The translations under genes were made by a program, and so were the position numbers. This document shows positions 36,726 to 47,100 of a stretch of 64,000 bases of DNA, piece by piece. Location of the stretch: assembly GCA_002269645.1 (NCBI GenBank), contig NIVC01000446.1, positions 434,001 to 498,000 of the forward strand, read 5' to 3'. The first letter of the stretch is position 1, and the number at the start of each line of letters is the position of its first letter. The DNA comes from Macrostomum lignano. Lineage: Eukaryota. A model generated the notes under the pieces. That model saw only the letters and a program-made list of their open reading frames with translations. It did no database searches and was not told where the DNA came from.

Positions 36726-37189
36726 GAACTCGCTGGAGTCGCCGCAGTCGTCACCCTCCTCCGGGAGTCAGGACTCGCTGCACAAGTCGCCAGCTGCCGC
36801 AGCCGCTGCCGCCGCCTCTAAAAAGCGCACCCGGTTTGGCACTCTTGGCAGAATTTTCAAGAAAGACTCGGCCTCTTCTGCTGCGGCGGCCGCTGCTTCA
36901 GCCAGTCCGCAGCACAGCCAACAGCACCAGCAGCAACATCAGCATCATCAGCAGCATCACCAGCTCCATCAGATGCAACTCATACAGCAGCTGCAGCAAC
37001 AACAACTGCAGCAGCAGTATCGCACTCTACCGCACCATCATCACCTGCAGCATCAGCATCATCCAAGCTCTTCATCAGCCGCAGCATCAGCGGCCGCTGT
37101 TGTCAGCGCCAGCGGCAGCACCGCCAGCTTGGGCAGGCGGCCACCGGGTTATGCCTCCCCTCTGACTGCCGCTTCACCGCTGCCATCCA
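36726..37189 (+). CDS. PPFIA: Liprin-alpha exon 7 (with Ala/Gln/His low-complexity insert)
   Basis: CGCAG acceptor; SSSGSQDSLHKS...KKRTRFGTLGRIFKK (cf. [26 protein letters not shown]); GTGAGT donor; phase 2-1. Confidence 0.88.
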
Positions 37190-37699
37190 GTGAGTTGTAA
37201 TTCTTATTGGTTATCACTGATTTCTCATAAATCCCAGAGTGTGCTTTGCCTAGTAGTACTTACCTATTTCTGTCTCCAATTTTAAGGCCCAATGCACGAG
37301 GACAATCCCATCTGCTGATAGAATTTTGCAAACTGATTGATCAACAGTCATTTTATCATTTCTTTCGCAACTGATTTGTATTCATTATATCAAGATTGTC
37401 CATTTTGAAAATAAGTATAATTTGAGCGCATATGCTCGTGATAAGCAAGGTCGAACAGTCTAACACCACACAGTGCGACAGATTGCAGGTGCATTTTCTT
37501 TTTCAATTATTGTTTCAAAAAATGGTACCGGATTCATCAATTTGGACTGAATTTTGTATAATTTCGAAAAAAATAATTTCTCAGTTTTCCTTTTGGCGAC
37601 TATTTATTAAGAATCCTCTTTAACCTGCACACATCGCATTATTAATTTATGACTGTTAGCGTCCTTCAATACCTGTTGTCTGTTGCTACTCTCTCAAAG

Positions 37700-37820
37700 G
37701 CTTGATGCAAATGGACGCCACCTATCCTCTGGAGATGGCCGCCTCATATCCTGGAAGCCCGGCCGCGTCCCAGCAGCAGTTCTTCGGGCAGAAGGGCGAG
37801 GACCGGCGTAGGAGAAAAAA
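37700..37820 (+). CDS. PPFIA: Liprin-alpha exon 8
   Basis: CAAAG acceptor; LMQMDATYP...GEDRRRRKK; GTGAGA donor; 121 nt, phase 1-2, which exactly bridges exons 7 and 9. Not in the ORF track. Confidence 0.82.
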
Positions 37821-37845
37821 GTGAGACAGTTTTAATTCTCTCAGC

Positions 37846-40600
37846 TGGGTAGAGTAGCAGTGAGAACCTACTCAAGGGGTAGAGTAGCAGTGACAACCTA
37901 CTCAAGAGGTAGAGTAGCAGTGACAACCTACTCAAGAGGTAAAGTAGCAGTGACAACCTACTCAAGAGGTAGAGTAGCAGTGACAACCTACTCAAGAGGT
38001 AGAGTAGCAGTGACAACCTACTCAAGAGGTAAAGTAGCAGTGACAACCTACTCAAGAGGTAGAGTAGCAGTGACAACCTACTCAAGGGGTAGAGTAGAAG
38101 TGACAACCTACTCAAAGGGTAGAGTAGCAGTGACAACCTACTCAAGAGGTAGAGTAGCAGTGACAACCTACTCAAGAGGTAGAGTAGCAGTGACAACCTA
38201 CTCAAGAGGTAGAGTAGCAGTGACAACCTACTCAAGAGGTAGAGTAGCAGTGACAACCTACTCAAGAGGTAGAGTAGCAGTGACAACCTACTCAAGAGGT
38301 AAAGTAGCAGTGACAACCTACTCAAAGGGTGGAGTAGCAATGAGAAGCTACTCAATGGGTAGATTTGCAGTGAGAACCTACTCAAGGGGTAGAGTAGCAG
38401 TGAGAACCTACTCAAAGGGTAGAGTAGCAGTGAGAACCTACTCAAGGGGTAGAGTAGCAGTGAGAACCTACTCAAAGGGTAGAGTAGCAGTGAGAACCTA
38501 CTCAAAGGGTAGAGTAGCAGTAAGAACCTACTCAAGGGGTAGAGTAGCAGTGACAACCTACTCAAAGGGTGGAGTAGCAATGAGAAGCTACTCAAAGGGT
38601 AGAGTAGTAGTGAGAACCTACTCAAAGGGTAGAGTGGCAGTGAGAACCTACTCAAGGGGTAGAGTAGCAGTGAGAACCTACTCAAAGGGTAGAGTAGCAG
38701 TGACAACCTACTCAAAGGGTGGAGTAGCAATGAGAAGCTACTCAATGGGTAGATTTGCAGTGAGAACCTACTCAAGGGGTAGAGTAGCAGTGAGAACCTA
38801 CTCAAAGGGTAGAGTAGCAGTGAGAACCTACTCAAGGGGTAGAGTAGCAGTGAGAACCTACTCAAAGGGTAGAGTAGCAGTGAGAACCTACTCAAAGGGT
38901 AGAGTAGCAGTAAGAACCTACTCAAGGGGTAGAGTAGCAGTGACAACCTACTCAAAGGGTGGAGTAGCAATGAGAAGCTACTCAAAGGGTAGAGTAGTAG
39001 TGAGAACCTACTCAAAGGGTAGAGTGGCAGTGAGAACCTACTCAAGGGGTAGAGTAGCAGTGAGAACCTACTCAAAGGGTAGAGTGGCAGTGAGAACCTA
39101 CTCAAGGGTAGAGTAGCAGTGAGAACCTACTCAAGGGTAGAGTAGTAGTGAGAACCTACTCAAAGGGTAGAGTAGCAGTGACAACCTACTCCAAGGGTAG
39201 AGTAGAAGTGACAACCTACTCAAAGGGTAGAGTAGCAGTGAGAACCTACTCAAAGGGTAGAGTAGCAGTGAGAACCTACTCAAAGGGTAGAGTAGCAGTG
39301 ACAACCTACTCCAAGGGTAGAGTAGAAGTGACAACCTACTCAAAGGGTAGAGTAGCAGTGAGAACCTACTCAAAGGGTAGAGTAGCAGTGAGAACCTACT
39401 CAAAGGGTGGAGTAGCAGTGACAACCTACTCCAAGGGTAGAGTAGCAGTGACAACCTACTCAAAGGGTGGAGTAGCAATGAGAAGCTACTCAAAGGGTAG
39501 AGTAGCAGTGACAACCTACTCAAAGGGTGGAGTAGCAATGAGAAGCTACTCAATGGGTAGATTTGCAGTGAGAACCTACTCAAGGGGTAGAGTAGCAGTG
39601 AGAACCTACTCAAAGGGTAGAGTAGCAGTGAGAACCTACTCAAGGGGTAGAGTAGCAGTGAGAACCTACTCAAAGGGTAGAGTAGCAGTGAGAACCTACT
39701 CAAAGGGTAGAGTAGCAGTAAGAACCTACTCAAGGGGTAGAGTAGCAGTGACAACCTACTCAAAGGGTGGAGTAGCAATGAGAAGCTACTCAAAGGGTAG
39801 AGTAGTAGTGAGAACCTACTCAAAGGGTAGAGTGGCAGTGAGAACCTACTCAAGGGGTAGAGTAGCAGTGAGAACCTACTCAAAGGGTAGAGTGGCAGTG
39901 AGAACCTACTCAAGGGGTAGAGTAGCAGTGAGAACCTACTCAAGGGGTAGAGTAGTAGTGAGAACCTACTCAAAGGGTAGAGTAGCAGTGACAACCTACT
40001 CCAAGGGTAGAGTAGAAGTGACAACCTACTCAAAGGGTAGAGTAGCAGTGAGAACCTACTCAAAGGGTAGAGTAGCAGTGAGAACCTACTCAAAGGGTAG
40101 AGTAGCAGTGACAACCTACTCCAAGGGTAGAGTAGAAGTGACAACCTACTCAAAGGGTAGAGTAGCAGTGAGAACCTACTCAAAGGGTAGAGTAGCAGTG
40201 AGAACCTACTCAAAGGGTAGAGTAGAGGTGACAACCTACTCCAAGGGTAGAGTAGCAGTGACAACCTACTCCAAGGGTAGAGTAGCAGTGACAACCTACT
40301 CAAAGGGTAGAGTAGCAGTGAGAACCTACTCAAAGGGTAGAGTAGCAGTGAGAACCTACTCAAAGGGTAGAGTAGCAGTGACAACCTACTCCAAGGGTAG
40401 AGTAGCAGTGACAACCTACTCCAAGGGTAGAGTAGCAGTGACAACCTACTCAAAGGGTAGAGTAGCAGTGACAACCTACTCAAAGGGTAGAGTAGCAGTG
40501 ACAACCTACTCAAAGGGTAGAGTAGCAGTGACAACCTACTCAAAGGGTAGAGTAGCAGTGAGAACCTACTCAAAGGGTAGAGTAGCAGTGAGAACCTACC
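37846..40600 (+). repeat. 30-bp minisatellite filling liprin intron 8
   Basis: GGGTAGAGTAGCAGTGAGAACCTACTCAAA, about 90 units. Confidence 0.96.
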
Positions 40601-40648
40601 TAGATGCAGCAAGCAGCATCCCCGACTACTCGTGAACCTACTCCGCAG

Positions 40649-41220
40649 AGAGGAACTCCTAGACGTGGTAATGCGCGAGTGCACCAGCTTCGCCCAATGG
40701 ACTGGGCCAACCATAGTGGCCTGGCTAGAACTGTGGGTCGGCATGCCAGCCTGGTACGTGGCCGCCTGCCGAGCCAACGTGAAGTCCGGCGCAATCATGT
40801 CGAATCTGTCCGATCAGGAGATTCAACGCGAAATTGGCATATCGAACCCGTTGCACCGGCTGAAACTGCGCCTAGCCATTCAGGAGATGGTCACCTTGAC
40901 CAGCCCACAGACACAGAATGGCCAGGCTGTGACCCAGCCTAATTTGAACTTGGCCTGCGGCCAGATGGGTCACGAATGGATTGGCAACTATTGGCTGCCT
41001 AGTCTGGGCCTTGGCCAGTATCGGTCCGCCTTTATGGAGTGCCTTGTGGATGCTCGAATGCTGCCGCATCTCAACAAGAAAGATCTTCGGTCGCACCTAA
41101 AAATGGTCGACGCATTTCATCGGGCGTCGCTTTCATGCGGCATCCAGGCGCTGCACATGCTCGGCTTCGACCGGGCCCTGCTGGAGGCGAGGCGGGAGGA
41201 GTGCACTGCTAGCGACACTG
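40649..41220 (+). CDS. PPFIA: Liprin-alpha exon 9 (SAM1, SAM2)
   Basis: CCGCAG acceptor; [67 protein letters not shown] and [33 protein letters not shown]; GTAATA donor; phase 2-1. Confidence 0.97.
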
Positions 41221-41295
41221 GTAATACTTGCTGCTGTTTGTCTGCCAAATTGTAACTTCAGTTACTTTGTGCATTAGCCAGCTTAGCTTGTCAGG

Positions 41296-42082
41296 CAGTC
41301 AGTCAGTCAGTCAGCCAGTCAGTCAGTCAGCCAGTCAGTCAGTCAGTCAGTCAGTCAGTCAGTCAGTCAATCAGTCAGTCAGTCAGTCAGTCAGTCAGTC
41401 AGTCAGTCAGTCAGTCAGTCAGTCAGTCAGTCAGTCAGTCAGTCAGTCAGTCAGTCAGTCAGTCAGTCAGTCAGTCAGTCAGTCAGTCAGTCAGTCAATC
41501 AGTCAGTCAGTCAGTCAGTCAGTCAGTCAGTCAGTCAGTCAGCCAGTCAGTCAGTCAGCCAGTCAGTCAGTCAGTCAGTCAGTCAGTCAGTCAGTCAGTC
41601 AGTCAGTCAATCAGTCAGTCAGTCAGTCAGGCAGTCAGTCAGTCATTCAATCAGTCAGCCAGTCAGTCAGTCAGTCAGTCAGTCAGTCAGCCAGTCAGTC
41701 AGTCAGTCAGCCAGTCAGTCAGTCAGTCAGTCAGTCAGTCAGTCAGCCAGTCAGTCAGTCAGTCAATCAGTCAGTCAGTCAGTCAGTCAATCAGTCAGCC
41801 AGTCAGTCAGTCAGTCAGTCAGTCAGTCAGTCAATCAGTCAGCCAGTCAGTCAGTCAGCCAGTCAGTCAGTCAGTCAGTCAGTCAGTCAGTCAGTCAGCC
41901 AGTCAGTCAATCAGTCAGTCAGTCAGTCAGTCAGTCAGTCAGTCAGTCAGTCAGTCAGTCAATCAGTCAGTCAGTCAGTCAGTCAGTCAGCCAGTCAGTC
42001 AGTCAGTCAGTCAGTCAGTCAGTCAGCCAGTCAGTCAGTCAATCAGTCAGTCAGTCAGTCAGTCAGTCAGTCAGTTAGTCAG
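41296..42082 (+). repeat. (GTCA)n microsatellite filling liprin intron 9
   Basis: ~790 bp of tetranucleotide repeat with sporadic variants. Confidence 0.97.
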
Positions 42083-42117
42083 CACCGCTAATCCAGCACC
42101 CATCTCACCCACCCCAG

Positions 42118-42497
42118 ACCTGATAGTGTGGAGCTCAGACCGGGTGCAGTCCTGGCTGGGCCGCATCGGCCTGAAAGAATTCGCTGCCAACCTGCAAGAC
42201 GCCGGCATCCACGGCGCCCTGATGCTGCTTGACGAGTCCTTCGACTGGACCAGCCTGGCTCTGACGCTGAAGATCCCAGCCTCAGCTGCTCAGGCTAGGC
42301 AGACCCTGGAGCGCGAAATGACCAGCCTTGTTGAACGCGAGCGGCGCCTGCTATTCGACACTGGCGACTCGGCTAGCGCCGATAGCGGCGCCGGCGCCAA
42401 ATTGCAGCGCAGCAACAGTTGGCGCAAGAAACTGCGCGCCAGCTCGGCTAGCCGAAAATTAATGATGAATACGCCGCCACCTACTGACAGTAGCTGA
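42118..42497 (+). CDS. PPFIA: Liprin-alpha exon 10 (SAM3, C-terminus)
   Basis: CCCCAG acceptor; DLIVWSSDRVQSWLGRIGLKEFAANLQDAGIHGALMLLDESFD; TGA at 42495-42497. The ten exons sum to 3780 nt (1259 aa). Confidence 0.93.
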
Positions 42498-44136
42498 TAG
42501 TGCTTATTGTTGTTCCTATATATTTATCTAATAGCCAGAATTCAGTATTGCTTTTGTCAGTAAGGTTAGTTGTGAAGATTGGTCTGGTAATTTCCAACCT
42601 GTTTTTTTTATTGGCTGTAATATCGTTGACGAGAGTCTGTTTCACAATGGATCTACTAGCTAGTCGCGGCCACAATATGCATGCGTATTGGCTGTATTAT
42701 GAGAATGCTGCAGCTGTTGTTCAAACGCCTTACAAATGCATGATAATAATGATGACGCGTTTTCAATTTTATTGCTTTAATTATTTGCTTAAACGTTAGT
42801 TTAAAAAAATTGTGTTAAATCTGTTTTACAACAGAAGCGGTGTGCAATGCTTCAACACTTTTTTATTTAGTCAGTCTGTCAATGCTGTTTTTTGTCCTGT
42901 TTTTTTGCTATTAATTATTATTCTATTGTTATGAAGTGCAATTTTGCTTTTTATCTAGCTGTTTTACCTAGCTAGCTACTAACAGTAGTTCAGAGTGGAG
43001 AGTAATATCGGTACACGTTTTCTTTTTTTTAACTGTACAGTCGCAATCTGCATGCCCTGAGAATCTCTTTAATTAATTTATATTTTTATTGTCGCTAATA
43101 ACTAGTCTTGAGAGATGGCAGTTGTTGTTGTTTTTAACTCTAAACAAGTTTTTTTTCACTAAAGAAATCTTAGTGAAATCTTAGCAAATTTAATTCAAGA
43201 TACGTGATGGAGCTTTTGTCTATGGTAGCAAGGCTGGCACAGCAGCATCACACCTTCATTACCATAGACAAAAGCCCAACTGGCCTGCAAAAAGCCATAC
43301 TTTTATGCATGTGCATTACCATGGATAGCTGAAAATAGGAAATATCCTGTCTCACTGATGCGGCTATATTGCTGCAGATTCTGAATCAAAGTTTGTTTTA
43401 AATGCATGAGTTGATCATCTCGGCTTACCTCTGTTTTAGCTTGCAGAATACTTTTTTTCTGTATTTGCTTTTTCTTTCAGATTTTTTATAGAAATATTAA
43501 TATTAATAATAATTTGCGACGAGAGTGCTGTACAGAGTAGGTTGGATGCATAACTGCATGCATTATGATTTGTGTTATTGTCTATATTGATTATTGCAAT
43601 TTTTTGCATTATCCTAAGCACACAAGTAACCCCCTCCTTTGCTGTGTCTACAAAATACCTGTGCAACTCCCTTGAATCTTGTTATTAAATATAAATTCTT
43701 TAACTCTCTATTGATAATAATTATCATTCTGTAATAATACAATAAATCGCTAAAATTAATATTATAACTACTAGTATTGCTTGCTAGCCACGCAATTGTA
43801 AATATTAAGTTTACTATATTATTATGATATATAATTAATCTGTCATTCTGTCATTTTGTCGTGTGTTCTCTCTCGGAGTCTGTCTGTATAGTTAGAGTTG
43901 TATACCGGTACTTGGTAAGCTATAGGATTCGATATATTTTACCACTGAAACATTTTTGTGCATCAGTGCGGCTAATTGCACAATTATTATAATAATTAAT
44001 AAACTAATTAATGCTATATTTATAGCCCATCCTACAAGTTATATATGCAGTCACAGATGCCATAAAATGCGCTCTTGGTTAGTTAGTTTAATGTCATTTT
44101 TCGAAGCATTATGACTGCCTACCCTGACCTGTTCTG

Positions 44137-47100
44137 GCTCTCAGCTTCAAATGGCTGCCAGCTTCAAATGACTGTCAGCTTCAAATGGCTCTCAGCTTCA
44201 AATGGCTCTCAGCTTCAAATGGCTGCCAGCTTCAAATGGCTCTCAGCTTCAAATGGCTGCCAGCTTCAAATGACTGTCAGCTTCAAATGGCTCTCAGCTT
44301 CAAATGGCTCTCAGCTTCAAATGGCTGCCAGCTTCAAATGGCTCTCAGCTTCAAATGGCTGCCAGCTTCAAATGACTGTCAGCTTCAAATGGCTCTCAGC
44401 TTCAAATGGCTCTCAGCTTCAAATGGCTGCCAGCTTCAAATGACTGTCAGCTTCAAATGGCTCTCAGCTTCAAATGGCTGTCAGCTTCAAATATCTGTCA
44501 GCTTCAAATGACTGTCAGCTTCAAATGGCTGCCAGCTTCAAATGACTGTCAGCTTCAAATGGCTCTCAGCTTCAAATGGCTGCCAGCTTCAAATGACTGT
44601 CAGCTTCAAATGGCTCTCAGCTTCAAATGGCTGTCAGCTTCAAATGACTGTCAGCTTCAAATGACTGTCAGATTCAAATGGCTGCCAGCTTCAAATGACT
44701 GTCAGCTTCAAATGGCTCTCAGCTTCAAATGGCTCTCAGCTTCAAATGGCTGCCAGCTTCAAATGGCTCTCAGCTTCAAATGGCTGCCAGCTTCAAATGA
44801 CTGTCAGCTTCAAATGGCTCTCAGCTTCAAATGGCTCTCAGCTTCAAATGTCTGTCAGCTTCAAATGTCTGTCATCTTCAAATGTCTGTCAGCTTCAAAT
44901 GTCTGTCAGCTTCAAATGTCTGCCAGCTTCAAATGTCTGTCAGCTTCAAATGGCTCTCAGCTTCAAATGGCTGCCAGCTTCAAATGACTGTCAGCTTCAA
45001 ATGGCTCTCAGCTTCAAATGGCTCTCAGCTTCAAATGTCTGTCAGCTTCAAATGTCTGTCATCTTCAAATGTCTGTCAGCTTCAAATGTCTGTCAGCTTC
45101 AAATGTCTGTCAGCTTCAAATGTCTGCCAGCTTCAAATGTCTGTCAGCTTCAAATGGCTCTCAGCTTCAAATGGCTGCCAGCTTCAAATGACTGTCAGCT
45201 TCAAATGCCTCTCAGCTTCAAATGGCTCTCAGCTTCAAATGTCTGTCAGCTTCAAATGTCTGTCATCTTCAAATGTCTGTCAGCTTCAAATGTCTGTCAG
45301 CTTCAAATGTCTGTCAGCTTCAAATGTCTGCCAGCTTCAAATGGCTCTCAGCTTCAAATGGCTGCCAGCTTCAAATGACTGTCAGCTTCAAATGGCTCTC
45401 AGCTTCAAATGGCTCTCAGCTTCAAATGGCTGCCAGCTTCAAATGACTGTCAGCTTCAAATGGCTCTCAGCTTCAAATGGCTGTCAGCTTCAAATATCTG
45501 TCAGCTTCAAATGACTGTCAGCTTCAAATGGCTGCCAGCTTCAAATGACTGTCAGCTTCAAATGGCTCTCAGCTTCAAATGGCTGCCAGCTTCAAATGAC
45601 TGTCAGCTTCAAATGGCTCTCAGCTTCAAATGGCTCTCAGCTTCAAATGGCTGCCAGCTTCAAATGGCTCTCAGCTTCAAATGGCTGCCAGCTTCAAATG
45701 ACTGTCAGCTTCAAATGGCTCTCAGCTTCAAATGGCTCTCAGCTTCAAATGGCTGCCAGCTTCAAATGACTGTCAGCTTCAAATGGCTCTCAGCTTCAAA
45801 TGGCTGTCAGCTTCAAATATCTGTCAGCTTCAAATGACTGTCAGCTTCAAATGGCTGCCAGCTTCAAATGACTGTCAGCTTCAAATGGCTCTCAGCTTCA
45901 AATGGCTGCCAGCTTCAAATGACTGTCAGCTTCAAATGGCTCTCAGCTTCAAATGGCTGTCAGCTTCAAATGACTGTCAGCTTCAAATGACTGTCAGATT
46001 CAAATGGCTGCCAGCTTCAAATGACTGTCAGCTTCAAATGGCTCTCAGCTTCAAATGGCTCTCAGCTTCAAATGGCTGCCAGCTTCAAATGGCTCTCAGC
46101 TTCAAATGGCTGCCAGCTTCAAATGACTGTCAGCTTCAAATGGCTCTCAGCTTCAAATGGCTCTCAGCTTCAAATGTCTGTCAGCTTCAAATGTCTGTCA
46201 TCTTCAAATGTCTGTCAGCTTCAAATGTCTGTCAGCTTCAAATGTCTGCCAGCTTCAAATGTCTGTCAGCTTCAAATGGCTCTCAGCTTCAAATGGCTGC
46301 CAGCTTCAAATGACTGTCAGCTTCAAATGGCTCTCAGCTTCAAATGGCTCTCAGCTTCAAATGTCTGTCAGCTTCAAATGTCTGTCATCTTCAAATGTCT
46401 GTCAGCTTCAAATGTCTGTCAGCTTCAAATGTCTGTCAGCTTCAAATGTCTGCCAGCTTCAAATGTCTGTCAGCTTCAAATGGCTCTCAGCTTCAAATGG
46501 CTGCCAGCTTCAAATGACTGTCAGCTTCAAATGCCTCTCAGCTTCAAATGGCTCTCAGCTTCAAATGTCTGTCAGCTTCAAATGTCTGTCATCTTCAAAT
46601 GTCTGTCAGCTTCAAATGTCTGTCAGCTTCAAATGTCTGTCAGCTTCAAATGTCTGCCAGCTTCAAATGGCTCTCAGCTTCAAATGGCTGCCAGCTTCAA
46701 ATGACTGTCAGCTTCAAATGGCTCTCAGCTTCAAATGGCTCTCAGCTTCAAATGGCTGCCAGCTTCAAATGACTGTCAGCTTCAAATGGCTCTCAGCTTC
46801 AAATGGCTGTCAGCTTCAAATATCTGTCAGCTTCAAATGACTGTCAGCTTCAAATGGCTGCCAGCTTCAAATGACTGTCAGCTTCAAATGGCTCTCAGCT
46901 TCAAATGGCTGCCAGCTTCAAATGACTGTCAGCTTCAAATGGCTCTCAGCTTCAAATGGCTGTCAGCTTCAAATGACTGTCAGCTTCAAATGACTGTCAG
47001 ATTCAAATGGCTGCCAGCTTCAAATGACTGTCAGCTTCAAATGGCTCTCAGCTTCAAATGGCTCTCAGCTTCAAATGGCTGCCAGCTTCAAATGGCTCTC

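Noticed and set aside
37744-40798. 400-555 aa ORFs on both strands
   Set aside because: They come from a stop-free 30-bp intronic repeat; the true liprin exons flank the array.
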